A DNA stretch of 64,000 bases from an uncultured Methanoregulaceae archaeon (GCA_963705255.1 OY970061.1:448001-512000); one strand, 5' to 3'; shown: positions 1-12,300, counted from the stretch's first letter. Program-made: numbers and translations. Notes: generated by a model from the letters alone, not told the origin.

Positions 1-253
1 ATTTCTAATTAAATAGTTTTACTGTTGTTCAATAATATTGTTATGTCCAAAGTTTGGCTACGGAGCCTGATCGTAAACAAAGTTTGCGTAAGTATCAGAA
101 ACCGATGAGTCTCTTGAAGTTTATGTTGCTGAAACTTTTTCTTGTATTTCTTATGGATTAAATTTGGATTGGCCATATGGACCAATTTTAAATAATCTGG
201 CGAAAACAATTGCAACTTATATAGATATCACTCATAATCTAAAATGATAAAAA

Positions 254-1076
254 ATGCGTTTAATCGATTTAATAATAATGCCATTTTTCAATTTACTACC
301 TGAGAAATTGGCAAATCCATTCAGAGGATTATTTAGACAATTACGGTGCATATATAGAAATTGTTTTATTAATAAAGACTTTAAGCAATATTATCAGAAG
401 GGTGTTTATGAGTTTAAATTCAATAATGGTTTATTATTATTAGGTTATCGTCCTGACTTCCAAGAAGGTTTTGGAACTGAATTAAATGGTTATTTTGCAC
501 ATGCTACTTTGAAGACAGGAGACATTGTTGTAGATGCAGGAGCATATCTCGGTTCTTTCGCAATCTATGCAAGTAAAATTGTTGGAGATGAAGGTAAAAT
601 AATCGCGTTTGAACCAGATCCTGAAAATTATAGGAAATTGCAACAAAATATTAAATTAAATGGCGTAAAAAATATAATACTTATCAATAAGGGGTTATCT
701 AGCGAAAATACTGAACTATATTTTTATGCAAAAGGAACGACAGCTTCAGCAATTGTGCAGTTATCGGAAAAAAATATCTCTTTCAATCAGAATATAATAA
801 AAATTTCTGTTGTTCGATTAGATGATGAGTTAGATCAATTAAATATAAAAAATATCGATTTCATTAAAATGGATATTGAAGGGGTCTGAAATTGAAGCTC
901 TTATTGGGTGCAAAAATTTGTTACTTAATAATTCAGTAAATTTAGCAATTGCAAGTTACCACATTATCAATGGAACTCAAACTTATATCTGTGCTGAAAA
1001 GATACTAAAAAATTTTGGTTATAATGTAAAAACTGATTTTCCGGAACACTTAACAACATATGGCTGGAAAAAATGA
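254..1076 (+). CDS. FkbM-family SAM methyltransferase (split by +1 frameshift at ~885)
   Basis: VVDAGAYLG, AFEPDPEN and FIKMDIEG motifs. Removing T885 restores DIEGAEIEAL and joins ORFs 254-889 and 876-1076. Confidence 0.85.
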
Positions 1077-1284
1077 GGGTGACTTAATAGACTCTTCCTG
1101 GACAATACGATATATTTCATTAGAGCATCATAAAAATCCGTGTGTCGGTAATTGTATCGGAATCCTTTTTTCAGGTCTTGTGAGAATTTCTTTGGATTAA
1201 CTCCGTCAATTTTTTATCAATCGTCTATTAGCAAAGACTAGAATACAGATACCCTTAAAATAGGCCTTGCCATTGGAGAATCGT

Positions 1285-2667
1285 TTATTTTGATTTTTTT
1301 GAAATCTCGTTTAAAATTTCTGGAATTGTTCGATATGGGGGAGCGGGGTGATACTTGCGTTTAAAAATATCTGGATTATACGAGCCATCCGCTTCAATCC
1401 AATCGATCCTTTTTTCCAGATTACCAATATCACCTAAGAGATACTTTGGATTTTCTGCAAATGCCTCTGATATCCCAACAAAACCAACCACGAAAGTGTA
1501 ATCGCATGCATTTCGTGCCTCAAGCAATGACGCCGAAGCGCAACCGACTATACCAATATAATCACAGGCGATGTCTCTGATTAGTTTATCTACCCCCATT
1601 ATGGTTACTGCGATGCCCTTTTCTTTAAGATAGATCTGTAATTTCTCTACTTCCGATCCACATTTCTTCGGATGCGGTCTGATATGTGCCTCTTTTGCTC
1701 CACTCTCTGACATGACAATTTGTAGATCGCGATAAAGGAGTTTCTGTTGGTTGATTGTCCCTTCATATCCGCTCAGGCAAACAAGCACTTTATCAGGTTT
1801 TTGTTGTGTTAAACTACATCGACAGCTACCAGCGAAGGGGTATTGAGCTAGATAAACACGAACATTGTTTTTACAGAACGATCTAAAAAAAAGTGCTTGT
1901 ATCTTTTGAAATACGATAAAGGAATCAAGTTCATTCGTGTCAAAGTAAGTAAGATGCTCATATCTGCGTGGGGGGAATGTTTTGTGAACAAGAATTGCCG
2001 GAATAATGTACCGGTTCATAATATATCTTGGATATCTTGAGAACCTGTTTAAAGCGAATAATATACCTTTTTTTATGAATTGCGACTTTGAAGAACTTCT
2101 TATAAACTTTGAAGCTACTCTTCGTATTGGATTATCTTTGATAGTGACTACTTTTGAGGTCTCATTTTGTTTATAATTCCCTGGAGTTGCTATACTCATA
2201 ATCAGATCGGATGCCGATTCCCCTCTAAAAATACCTTCGATAATAACGGGGTAATTTGCAAGTGGAAAACCACATGCAAGTAGACCCACGCAAACGCATT
2301 CATGAGGCAGGATACAATCAATCAGATACCTCTCGTAAATTTCATCTGTTGATCCAATAAGGAGCAGGTCGAACTTTTGGTTACGGAGATAATTTAATTT
2401 CGTTCTCATAAAAAAATGCACTTTAAGGATATTAAGAATATTTTGATTTTCAGTTGAGTTACTAATAAACATGGGAACAATCAGATAATCGATAATTGTT
2501 CCATCTTCTCTCCAATGCTCAAGTTGTTCGGTAAAATCATCCTTAAGATAATAATTGGTTGTCAAAATGAAAATATCGAATGTTTCACTCAGGTCAGCAA
2601 TGAGTGGAGTTATTGCCGCATGAAATAGATACGGGCTCCTGTAAGCGATAAGGAGTTTTTTTTTCAT
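1285..2667 (-). CDS. hypothetical glycan-biosynthesis protein, possibly a GT-B/sialyltransferase-like enzyme
   Basis: 460-aa ORF with a C-terminal HIRPHP motif resembling the HP motif of bacterial sialyltransferases; lies downstream of the nonulosonate genes. Confidence 0.5.
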   Translation of the reverse strand: MKKKLLIAYRSPYLFHAAITPLIADLSETFDIFILTTNYYLKDDFTEQLEHWREDGTIIDYLIVPMFISNSTENQNILNILKVHFFMRTKLNYLRNQKFDLLLIGSTDEIYERYLIDCILPHECVCVGLLACGFPLANYPVIIEGIFRGESASDLIMSIATPGNYKQNETSKVVTIKDNPIRRVASKFIRSSSKSQFIKKGILFALNRFSRYPRYIMNRYIIPAILVHKTFPPRRYEHLTYFDTNELDSFIVFQKIQALFFRSFCKNNVRVYLAQYPFAGSCRCSLTQQKPDKVLVCLSGYEGTINQQKLLYRDLQIVMSESGAKEAHIRPHPKKCGSEVEKLQIYLKEKGIAVTIMGVDKLIRDIACDYIGIVGCASASLLEARNACDYTFVVGFVGISEAFAENPKYLLGDIGNLEKRIDWIEADGSYNPDIFKRKYHPAPPYRTIPEILNEISKKSK

Positions 2668-2975
2668 TAATCAACTCTTTTAACTATCTTTTATTGGGGT
2701 CGCTATATCTGATAATTCATGGGGCGGTTGATTTCAGCAATATTATAGTTATGTCTGATAAGAATTTAGTGAGATTCTGGTCATGTTACGATGTCGACTG
2801 AGATATCCACAATTGGTATATGCTAAGACTTGAATGCCTAACCTCATTAAAATATAGTATAACATTTTAAGGAGAGGGGGTATAGGACTTCGAGCAGGAT
2901 TTTCTGATACATTCGGGAGAGATTCATGGTTACTCGATCTCCATTCCGGGTCTGTCCGTTTCCTAATGAGTTTTA

Positions 2976-4047
2976 TTAGAACTCAGTTTTTCGGTCAGGT
3001 GATTGCGTAAGTCCCATATCAAGATTATCCAAGATAGAACTAATCTCTTTTTTTGTTATCAGCCTCGCATTTTCCGATGAGAATGAATCAACCTTTGCAG
3101 GCTGGAAACCTGATGGCACCGCATCTGAAGGTGAATAATCGGTATACGGTATATTTTTAGGCAGTACAATATACATCTCATCATTTTCATAAGCACAAGT
3201 TGTTTCGTCTAATGTCATAAGTGTCTCATCAATCTTCTCACCACATCTCAATCCAACGACTGAAATTGGGATATCCTCAGGTTCAAAGCCATAACGTTGA
3301 GCTAAATTTGCCCGCATCACTTCTGCAAGGTCCAGAATGTGCATAGCCGGCATCTTCAAGATAAAGATTTCATTTCCACAAGAAAGCAATCCTGCTGTAA
3401 GGATGAGATGAGTCGCAGAAGGAATATCCATAAAGAACCGTCTCATATCCGAGTGAGTAACGGTTATCGGACCTCCTTTTTGGATCTGTTTTACGAATAA
3501 TGGTATAACAGATCCCCGCGAATTAAGTACATTTCCAAAACGTACACATGAAAATACGGTCTTTTTTATATACCCTCGATAACTGTTTGCAGAGATAGTA
3601 AGCCGTTCTGCAAGAAGCTTTGTTGCACCCATCACATTCGCAGGATTTACTGCCTTATCCGTACTTATAGTGATTACTTTCCGGACTCCTTGGGCGAAAG
3701 CGGCATCCAGAACATTTTGTGTTCCGACTACATTTGTCTTAACAGCATCAAAAGGATTGAACTCACAGAGAGGAACATGTTTGAGTGCTGCAGCATGGAA
3801 GACGATGTCCACACCTTCCATCGCCATCGTAAGTCTTTCCTTGTCCCGGATATCTCCGATAAATGAACGGATCTTATCAGAAGCTGAGATCCTGTTCGAG
3901 ATCAAAAAGACCGCTTTCGTTATTATCAAAGATCCGGACACTATTAGGTTCATATTTAAGAATTTCCCTGACCAAATAACTGCCTATCGATCCAACACCA
4001 CCGGTAATCAAAACCGTTTTTCCGCCGTAATAACTTTTCAGATCCAT
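2976..4047 (-). CDS. UDP-GlcNAc 4,6-dehydratase (PseB/CapD-like polysaccharide biosynthesis protein), frameshift ~3882
   Basis: FHAAALKHVP, STDKAV, MGATK and VRFGNV motifs. The true N-terminus MDLKSYYGGKTVLITGGVGSIG starts at 4047 in another frame. Confidence 0.85.
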
Positions 4048-5176
4048 TCAGTTTCCTCCATAATATTCTGAAATAACCTGAACTACTTTTTCTGCATCTT
4101 CAACCGGCATGCCAGGATAAATTGGCAGGCTTACGATATCGTTTGCCACTCTCTCCGTGACAGGAAGCGATACCTGGTATCCTAGTTCATGGTGATAGTA
4201 GTGGGTGAGATGAACCGGCAGGAAATAGATTTTGGTCATGATCTCTTGTTCCGTCAGGAACTGCATCAATCCATCCCGGTCAGAAGCCCGGACTGAGAAT
4301 AACTGATGCACATGTTTGTAGCCATTCGGTGTATTCATTGGTGATACAACGGATTTATTCTTCTGGAGCAGAGAAGTATACCCATCTGCAATGCGTGTCC
4401 TCATCTCGATTATCGCTTTAACCTTTCGTAATTGTGCAAGCCCCAGAGCTGCAGAAATATTCGAGAGTCTGAAATTGTACCCCAGCGTGACGTAGTCCAT
4501 GCATTCCGATGATGTAAAGTAATCCGAGGTCTCCAGACCTCCCATGAGAGCGTACCAATTTTACCTTCTCATAGAGATCTCTTGAGTTTGTAACCAAGGC
4601 ACCCCCTTCCCCTGTGGTAATCACTTTATTCTGGCAGAAACTAAGCATCGCAGAGTCGCCATAGGATCCTACCCGTTTACCCTCAATAGAAGCGCCAAAA
4701 GCCTCTGCTGCATCCTCAATGAGAACAAGATTGTGATCATCTGCAATTTCCCTTAATTCCCTGATCCTGCAGGGGCAGCCCCCATAATGAATTGGTATGA
4801 TCGCTTTCGTCTTCGGGGTAATGTTCTCAATCACGCTTTCCGGACTTAGTCCAAGGGTGCTCTCTTCGATATCTGCAAATACAGGTTTAGCCCCAACGAA
4901 CTTCGGGGCATTTGCCGTCGCAATGAATGTAAAAGAAGGCACAATCACTTCATCTCCGCTACAAATGCCATGTGCGATAAGCCCGGCATGGAGCGCCGAG
5001 GTGCCGGAGTTGAATGTGAGGCAATATTTTGTCCCGATATAATCTGCGAGTTCATTCTCGAACTGCGTCACATTCGAACCAACAGCCCAATTCATGCCGG
5101 AACGTATTGCTCTGTCGACGGCATCGATGTCGTCCTGATCCCAGTACATTTTGAATAGAGGGATATTCCATGTCAT
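4048..5176 (-). CDS. DegT/DnrJ/EryC1/StrS PLP sugar aminotransferase, frameshift ~4537
   Basis: NSGTSALH, IEDAAEA, SFCQNKVITTGEGG; the C-terminal part LGYNFRLS...SLPIYP is in ORF 4048-4545. Confidence 0.9.
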
Positions 5177-5181
5177 CCAGA

Positions 5182-5608
5182 TTACTCCTGAAGCCGTATG
5201 TCAATAATCTCATCATCGGTCAACGCTCGCACAACTTTTGCAGGTACGCCAAACGCAAGGACATTATCCGGGATATTGACATTTACAAAGCTCGAATGCC
5301 CCGATGATCGAACCTTCCCCTACCGTTACTCCCGGCATGATGACCGAATGTGTACCAATGCGGCAACCTTTCTTTAACCGGACTTCGCCACGTTTATTAT
5401 CAATTGTTGAAACAGAATAAATTGAGCAATGTGATCCTATCTGAACAAATTCTTCAAATATCACTCCGTTCTGTGCGTTGATATAGGTGAAAGCACCGAT
5501 ATCAGTTTTATATCCAAGTATGAACTTATCGGTATGCCTTACCATCCATTGGTACCGTGTGGGCTCTCCGTCTTTTATCTCGGGAGGGGTCCAATCGTGA
5601 AAACGCAT
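5182..5608 (-). CDS. hexapeptide-repeat acyltransferase (sugar N/O-acetyltransferase), frameshift ~5293
   Basis: IGTHSVIMPGVTVGEGSIIGA; the corrected tail SFVNVNIPDNVLAFGVPAKVVR ends at TAA 5182-5184. Confidence 0.8.
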
Positions 5609-5892
5609 AGTCAAAAACACTTCTGTCCGGGTGAGTCGGTTAAAATAAATTTGAGGTAGAAAAAAAACATGAGTTCGTTGTTTCCATTCATTTCATCCCC
5701 ATCATTTCGATATTTTGTTAGTGATTATCTAAAGTATTAATTCTTCCCCAATAAATTGGTTATCTCCCAAAAATACGAGAATATTAGGATATGAACCATC
5801 CCTTGTTTATCGCAATATTCCACTATTTACTTCAGTTCGAAGGAGACTTAATACTATTCAAGTTAAAACTGCATCTCAATCTCTCTTAATTT

Positions 5893-6645
5893 TCATTTTC
5901 TTGCCGCAATGAAATACCACGGCATCAACAATGGACCAGATATCTGCAATTTATGACCGCTCTCTAATTTTTCAGTATATGTTCCCATTATATTTTTATT
6001 TGGCTTGGGTAAATCTATGTCAATTTCATAAGATTTAACTTGAGGATCAACATATCCCATGCTTTTTAGATATTTCATTACAATCGGTAGTGAATATATA
6101 TTTGAGAAATAATTTCGGTGTGGTTCTAAAGAGTCATCATATTCAGTTACTTCAACCGTACATGAGGCTTGACCATCGTAGAATAGCGAGGTAATTGCAA
6201 TCCATCGTGGTGCAAGTTTTGTCATTACATCAATCGGAGACCTGAATTCTGGAAGCCAGCTTAGTGTTTGAAAAGATATTACTCCATGAAAGTTGCCAAT
6301 ATATTTGGCATTGAGATCGTAAATATCTCCAACTTCTAATCGACAATTTTTAATTCCGTTGTTTTGGAAAAAGTTATTCCCTTTTTTAACGAAGTCGGGG
6401 TTAATATCTACTCCCAGAAAGGTTGAGTGGGGGTATCTTTTTGACATATAATAGATGTTTGCGCCCATTCCAGAACATAAATCGAGTATCGTTAAGCGAC
6501 TATCACTATTTATAAACCCAAGTTTTTCAAGCCAATTGCAGACAGAGACCGTACTTCTATATGGCTCTCTGAATTGTCTTTCATGATAATCGGCTCTCAC
6601 CTTACCCTTATCGATCCATTCATCTTTTCGCTGTTTTATTTTCAT
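5893..6645 (-). CDS. class I SAM-dependent methyltransferase
   Basis: ILDLCSGMG motif I and GVDIN motif. Confidence 0.8.
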   Translation of the reverse strand: MKIKQRKDEWIDKGKVRADYHERQFREPYRSTVSVCNWLEKLGFINSDSRLTILDLCSGMGANIYYMSKRYPHSTFLGVDINPDFVKKGNNFFQNNGIKNCRLEVGDIYDLNAKYIGNFHGVISFQTLSWLPEFRSPIDVMTKLAPRWIAITSLFYDGQASCTVEVTEYDDSLEPHRNYFSNIYSLPIVMKYLKSMGYVDPQVKSYEIDIDLPKPNKNIMGTYTEKLESGHKLQISGPLLMPWYFIAARK

Positions 6646-6676
6646 TCCAATCCACCATCGATAATGCAGAAAATTC

Positions 6677-7831
6677 TTAATTTTTTGGATTTCGATTAAA
6701 TTTAATTAAAAGGTCTTCGTCAATATCTATTTTTGAAAGAATCTCACTAATCTTTATTGATGCCATACCGTTTCCATAAGGATTTCTGCACAATCTTGCT
6801 TTTTTCCGAAATTTATCATCGTGAATGGCTTTATAAATGCAATCTCTAATTTTTTCTCGGTTATATTCTGTATCAATGACATTATCCGCTCGCTCCCTCC
6901 CCCTCTGGCGTGTGCCGATATTCACGACCGGAAGACCAAATGACGGTGCTTCGATAAGTGCACTGCTTGAATTTCCGATTAGGACGCTCACTTGTTGCAA
7001 TAGACTAAGATAATCCTCGTGAGGGATGCTTGAAAAGATTTTTAGATAGGGCAGATGTTCGTATTCTCTGATCACTTCAATCATTCTTCTCCCTCCGGCA
7101 TCCGCATTTGGATAAATCATAATTGTCTGGTATTGTAATGAAACAACAGCCTCTAAGGTTTCCCGGATCTGTACTGAAGCGTTATCCACTTCAAGTGTTA
7201 CCGGGTGCTGAACAATGAGAAGAACCGGTTTTGAGAAATCAATCTCATATTTTTGTTCAAGTTCATCATGGGATAATAATCGTTCATGCAGGATCTGATC
7301 TAACCCGGGAGCACCGACAACAAAAATCCGGAAGGTATCTTCTCCCATCCTGTGTATTCGTTTTGCACTTTCGTCTGTAGCTGGGAAATGGATGTGTGCA
7401 AGTTTTGTTATCGCATTCCTGGTATAATCATCAACCGTAGAAGTGACTTCACCTCCATGGATGTGAGCAACAGGGATACTCATATAAACTCCGACAATCG
7501 CTCCGGCAAGCATCTCACCCCGGTCTCCAAGGACGAGAATAATATCTGGGTGAAGAGAATGCATTACAGGTACAAGTTCTTGAATAAATTTTCCAATAAA
7601 AATTGCCATCGATTCTTTTGTATCATCTTCATACTGAACATCAACGATATGATAACTGAATCCATCTTTTTTTATTTCATCAATTGTATTTCCGAATTCA
7701 TCCATCAGGTGCATACCGGTCACAACTATGTCAAGAGACAGATCCGGATGATTATGAATGCTACGTAACACTGAGCGCATCAGACCATAATCTGCCCGCG
7801 TACCACTGATATAGAGTATCTTACGCATCAT
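6677..7831 (-). CDS. neuC: hydrolysing NDP-N-acetylhexosamine 2-epimerase (NeuC/LegG)
   Basis: GTRADYG, LGDRGE, HIHGGE, GNSSS and NPYGNG motifs. Confidence 0.92.
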   Translation of the reverse strand: MMRKILYISGTRADYGLMRSVLRSIHNHPDLSLDIVVTGMHLMDEFGNTIDEIKKDGFSYHIVDVQYEDDTKESMAIFIGKFIQELVPVMHSLHPDIILVLGDRGEMLAGAIVGVYMSIPVAHIHGGEVTSTVDDYTRNAITKLAHIHFPATDESAKRIHRMGEDTFRIFVVGAPGLDQILHERLLSHDELEQKYEIDFSKPVLLIVQHPVTLEVDNASVQIRETLEAVVSLQYQTIMIYPNADAGGRRMIEVIREYEHLPYLKIFSSIPHEDYLSLLQQVSVLIGNSSSALIEAPSFGLPVVNIGTRQRGRERADNVIDTEYNREKIRDCIYKAIHDDKFRKKARLCRNPYGNGMASIKISEILSKIDIDEDLLIKFNRNPKN

Positions 7832-8889
7832 TCAATCATATCCCAGTGGATTACTTTGTCTTTTGGAATTTTTATTCTTGCTTTCTTATGTAAGATTGAT
7901 TCATAATATCTCGGTTCAATTCCGGTTCCTGGCCTTTTTATTGCAAGATTGCTCTCTTTCAGTATTTCCCCTGCTTTTATATCACATTTGGCAACGACAC
8001 TCCTCCGTGAAACCTTTTTTAGTGCTTCCTCTTCTTTATTCGGCCCCTTGATCCCATTTCCCAAAGCAATTTCCACATCCCGTATCGCTTTTACCATCGC
8101 TCGTAATTCATGAGGCTCAAGAGAGGCTTCGTGGTCCGGACCCGGGAGTGTTCTATCCAGCGTGAAATGTTTTTCTAGGACACAAGCACCCATGGCTACG
8201 GCTGCAATAGGAATGGTGATACCTTCCGTATGATCTGAATAGCCAACCGGTGCCTGAAATGCACAGCGCATTGTTTCCATCACATGCAGGTTTACGGAAT
8301 TGATGGATGCTGGATAACTTGTTGTGCAATGAAGAAAGATAATATTTTCAGATCCCCATTTTTTCAGATAATGAAGCGCATCTTCGACCTCTCCAAGTGT
8401 GGCCATCCCTGTAGACAAAATAATCGTTTTCTTTTTTTCTGCTATTTTTTTAAGAAGGGAAAAATTCGTAATTTCACCGGATGAAATTTTATATGCTGGT
8501 ACATTAATCCTATTAAGGAGATCGACACTTCTCTCATCAAATGGCGTCGATAAAAAAATTATTTTCCGTTTTTTCGCGTACTCTGCAAGTCCTAAAAAAA
8601 CTTCATCAGAAAGCTCTAATTTTTTAATCATATCGTATTGGGTTTCATTTGAATTAATCGTATTTTTTTGATATCCGGCTTTTTCGGCAGTGCACGTAAC
8701 AACGTTATCCGCATGAAACGTCTGAAACTTTACCGCGTCCGCCCCTGCCTCTGAAGTGACATCAATAAGCCTCTTTGCAAGGTTAACATCCCCGTTATGA
8801 TTGACTCCGGCCTCAGGAATAATGAATACCGGTTCGCCGCATCCGATTAATCGGTCACCGACTTTTATTTTTTTATCATGGGGATTCAT
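7828..8889 (-). CDS. neuB: nonulosonic acid synthase (NeuB/LegI), copy 1
   Basis: EAGVNHNGD, AVKFQTF, GYSDHT, EKHFTLD and a C-terminal SAF domain (KRPGTG). Confidence 0.93.
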   Translation of the reverse strand: MNPHDKKIKVGDRLIGCGEPVFIIPEAGVNHNGDVNLAKRLIDVTSEAGADAVKFQTFHADNVVTCTAEKAGYQKNTINSNETQYDMIKKLELSDEVFLGLAEYAKKRKIIFLSTPFDERSVDLLNRINVPAYKISSGEITNFSLLKKIAEKKKTIILSTGMATLGEVEDALHYLKKWGSENIIFLHCTTSYPASINSVNLHVMETMRCAFQAPVGYSDHTEGITIPIAAVAMGACVLEKHFTLDRTLPGPDHEASLEPHELRAMVKAIRDVEIALGNGIKGPNKEEEALKKVSRRSVVAKCDIKAGEILKESNLAIKRPGTGIEPRYYESILHKKARIKIPKDKVIHWDMIE

Positions 8890-8891
8890 AT

Positions 8892-9671
8892 CTATAACGT
8901 CCAGCCCCCGTCAACAATGATATTTTGTCCGGTAATATATCGGGATTGGTCACTCAGTAAAAATGACAGAACGCCAGTAATGTCATTCGATCGGGCCATT
9001 CGTTTCCCCAAAAAAACCTTTGATGAATATTCTTTTATAAATGATTCGGGCTGGCGATCTTCAATTCCCCCGGGAGAGATCGCATTCACGCGGATATTGT
9101 ACTTACCGAGATACGAAGCGAGATATTTTGTAAAATTAATAATTCCACCTTTAATTACAGCATATTCTACGGGCATTGTCTTTGACGTTCCATCATATAT
9201 TTCAAATCTTGGCGCTGTGAAACCATATATCGAGGCCATATTAATGATATTCCCGGAGTTCTGGGCCATCATCTCCCGGGCAACCCATTTGGTAATATTG
9301 AAATAGCCCCCCATATGCATACACACATTTTCACAAAAATCGTCATAGGTTACTTCCTCAAAGATTCTGCCATAATTCCTATTCCGTGGATACGCATTAT
9401 TGACTAAGGCGGAAATTGTTCCGTATTCCGCTTTGCAATAATCAATTAATTCCTGAATTTCCGTACTATTCGTGATATCGCAATGCTTGTATCTGATATT
9501 TGCGTTCCCTGTTGTTTCTGCAATCTCCTTCGCAGTTTTTGTACCGATCTCCTCATTAATATCTGCAATTACAACAGAGTACCCAGTATCTGCACATACT
9601 TGGGAAAATGCCCTCCCCAACAATCCTGAACCACCGGTGATTATTACGACATTTTCCTTTACAATATCCAT
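8892..9671 (-). CDS. SDR oxidoreductase (PtmA/ElaC-like)
   Basis: TGGSGLLG, LVNNAYP, YAVIK catalytic motif, GQNIIVDGG. Confidence 0.85.
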   Translation of the reverse strand: MDIVKENVVIITGGSGLLGRAFSQVCADTGYSVVIADINEEIGTKTAKEIAETTGNANIRYKHCDITNSTEIQELIDYCKAEYGTISALVNNAYPRNRNYGRIFEEVTYDDFCENVCMHMGGYFNITKWVAREMMAQNSGNIINMASIYGFTAPRFEIYDGTSKTMPVEYAVIKGGIINFTKYLASYLGKYNIRVNAISPGGIEDRQPESFIKEYSSKVFLGKRMARSNDITGVLSFLLSDQSRYITGQNIIVDGGWTL

Positions 9672-9685
9672 GTGAAATCACTTCC

Positions 9686-11002
9686 TTATGTTAAGCGTTT
9701 GAATCCTTCGTGTGCGACCGGGCCTTTAAGAAGGGAATTGATCTCTCCATTTTCGATCCCATGCTGGATTATACCAAATACTTCTTCAACATTTGAGAGG
9801 TAATCTTCAACATGCTGATTTGAGTGACTGTAAGACACATAGACGCTCTTTGATGCAAGATATCCTCTCTTTAGCATCTCTTGCGTGAAGAGGGTATGCA
9901 ATACCTGACTGTTGTCAGACATAAATTTGAATGTAGTAAGAGGAGGAATTCCCATGACTTCGAGAGGTAATGAATATTCTTTCGAAAGATTTTCCCATCC
10001 ACGACTGATCTGTTTGCCGATCTCTATCAGATGTTCAGGGACTTTTTTATTGCTACATTTATTAATTGTTGCGATTGACGCGACAAGACCAATGCTCTCT
10101 GTCCAATAGGTACTGCTGATGAAGCTTTCCTGTGCACTTCCCATCACCTCTTTTTTTCCGATTATTGCTGCCATGGAATATCCATTGCTCATCGCTTTTC
10201 CGTAAACAGCAATATCCGGAGTTACCTTATAGAGCGCGTGTATCCCCCCGACATTCATTCGCCAACCGGACGTAACCTCGTCAAAAATCAATACCGCTCC
10301 GATATCATCCGCAATCCTGCGTACACCGTTTAGAAATCCGTGTGCGGGTTCGTGATGCCGGAGAGGCTCCATCACAATCACACCAACATCGTTTTTCTCC
10401 ACAATCCTCTCAAGCTCATTCAGGTTATTATAATTGAATGGTAGAGCGGTTCCTTTCAAGCCACGTGGTACCCCTTTCGGTTCAAGTCCTGGTAGTAATT
10501 GCCCATCAAGATTTTTATTGTCCGCTAAATTGGCGGCGAGATACCAGTCGTGCCAACCATGATATCCACAAAACGCGACAATATCCTTATCTGTGTGTGC
10601 ACGACCGATTCGAACCGCAACAGCCATCGCCTCTCCACCGGTCTTAGCATATCGGACCATGTCTGCCCAAGGATGCAATTTCAGGAGTAATTCCGCAAGA
10701 TCAACTTCTTCAGGACAGTTCAGGGTTGATATCGACCCCGCGTCCACGGCTCTATGAACCGCCGTATTAACATCATTATCCGCATATCCAAGGATGCAGG
10801 CACCAACACCCATGATTGACATATCGATATATTTTTTTCCGTCGAGATCCCAGATCTCAACACCTTTTGCTTTTGAATAATATGACGGCCAGCCATCGGG
10901 TAAAAACATCTCCGATCGTTTTGACAAGAGCTGTGTTCCTCCGGGAATGATTTTTTTAGCTTTTTCCCACAAGGAAATTCCGGCATTTGTAGTTTTTTTC
11001 AT
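9686..11002 (-). CDS. class III PLP aminotransferase (glutamate-1-semialdehyde aminomutase-like)
   Basis: DLDGKKYID, YHGWHD, LIFDEV and GKAMSNG motifs. Confidence 0.88.
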   Translation of the reverse strand: MKKTTNAGISLWEKAKKIIPGGTQLLSKRSEMFLPDGWPSYYSKAKGVEIWDLDGKKYIDMSIMGVGACILGYADNDVNTAVHRAVDAGSISTLNCPEEVDLAELLLKLHPWADMVRYAKTGGEAMAVAVRIGRAHTDKDIVAFCGYHGWHDWYLAANLADNKNLDGQLLPGLEPKGVPRGLKGTALPFNYNNLNELERIVEKNDVGVIVMEPLRHHEPAHGFLNGVRRIADDIGAVLIFDEVTSGWRMNVGGIHALYKVTPDIAVYGKAMSNGYSMAAIIGKKEVMGSAQESFISSTYWTESIGLVASIATINKCSNKKVPEHLIEIGKQISRGWENLSKEYSLPLEVMGIPPLTTFKFMSDNSQVLHTLFTQEMLKRGYLASKSVYVSYSHSNQHVEDYLSNVEEVFGIIQHGIENGEINSLLKGPVAHEGFKRLT

Positions 11003-11715
11003 AGCAACCCTTTCAATTTTGCATCCATCAATGCTTCAGCACAAATAAAATCACTCAAATCATCTATTTCAATTAGTTTGTACTTCTGAATGATATAAGC
11101 AAGTGTAAATTCTTGGTAAAAGGATCTCCTCTCCCTAAATGTCTCGATCCATGATACATACACAGATCCATCAAAGAAAAATACTTCTTCTAATTCCTGT
11201 CTTCGTAAGATATTGAAATTGGAACTGCCATTATATTTTCTTATAAAACCCCCGGGATTAATAATTACATTGAATTCAGGGTGCCCCGATTCAAGTTTCG
11301 CGACACTAACAATAGCTTTTGCCTTGGGAGTATCAACCAATTTTTTAATGCAGGTGTCAATATCGATAACATCTCTCAATGGAGATGTGGGTTCCAGAAG
11401 GATGATTAATGAATACTGCTCGTTTTCTTTCTCCAAAAAGTCAAGTGCATGTATTATCACATCTGCTGTTGCCGACGTATCCAAAGCTAATTCTTTTGGG
11501 CGCAGGAATGGGACATCAGCACCATACGCCCGGGAAATATGGGCAATCTCTTCATCGTCGGTACTGACGATTATTTTATCAATATATTTGCTTTTTTTTG
11601 CCTCTTCAATAGTCCATGCTATCAAAGGTTTTCCCAAGAGGGGTCTGATATTTTTTTTGTGAAGACCTTTTGATCCACTGCGGGCAGGTATTAGAGCAAG
11701 AATTTTTGGTTTCAA
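10999..11715 (-). CDS. neuA: acylneuraminate cytidylyltransferase, copy 1
   Basis: IPARSGSKGL..KN, VSTDD, LEPTSPLR and EIDD motifs. Confidence 0.92.
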   Translation of the reverse strand: MKPKILALIPARSGSKGLHKKNIRPLLGKPLIAWTIEEAKKSKYIDKIIVSTDDEEIAHISRAYGADVPFLRPKELALDTSATADVIIHALDFLEKENEQYSLIILLEPTSPLRDVIDIDTCIKKLVDTPKAKAIVSVAKLESGHPEFNVIINPGGFIRKYNGSSNFNILRRQELEEVFFFDGSVYVSWIETFRERRSFYQEFTLAYIIQKYKLIEIDDLSDFICAEALMDAKLKGLL

Positions 11716-12300
11716 GAAATACCTCTCTTCGTTAGGGCCATTGCATCAACAAAATCTGCGACACGTTCACTCAATTTTCATCAAACCCGTAACAGTATTG
11801 ATGAATAACGTATTCTAATTAGATTGAATTCTCGATAGGTTTAATATTTTCCCGAGGTTCGGAATTGGACCTGTTCAACAATATTCATGGCTGTTTGGTC
11901 AGGTCCTTTTATGATGATAAAACAAAACTTCTTTTGGAATAGAACCAAATACCAATCAGGATAGAAGTTCATGAAAATTCAAAAGGACTGAAGAAGATCC
12001 CGGAATATGTTAGAGATGTTGTTCATGAAAGAAAACTTAATTAAAATTTATGGCCTTTCACTATTGCGAATGGGTTGCAATCGCGTATGTGTTGACCTGT
12101 TTTTGAGAGTTCATGATACGAACATCCCCCAGTCATTCAGTTTCAGGAAATACGCCAATCCGACGCAGTTATCCATTAAAAACCTTTTCAAGATACAACA
12201 GATTGTCGGGATTAATCCCATCTCTCCGCGGAGTTAATGCTGATATGAACATTATTATCTTATACCAAACAGTTAAAACAACAAATTTTCTGATGATGCC

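Noticed and set aside
9-215. 68-aa minus-strand ORF at the window start
   Set aside because: No recognisable motif in AT-rich sequence, so it cannot be supported.
2750-2847. Short minus-strand ORF MRLGIQVLAY... (and MSDIKLDFFK... at ~18954) as gene remnants
   Set aside because: Too short to assign without a search.
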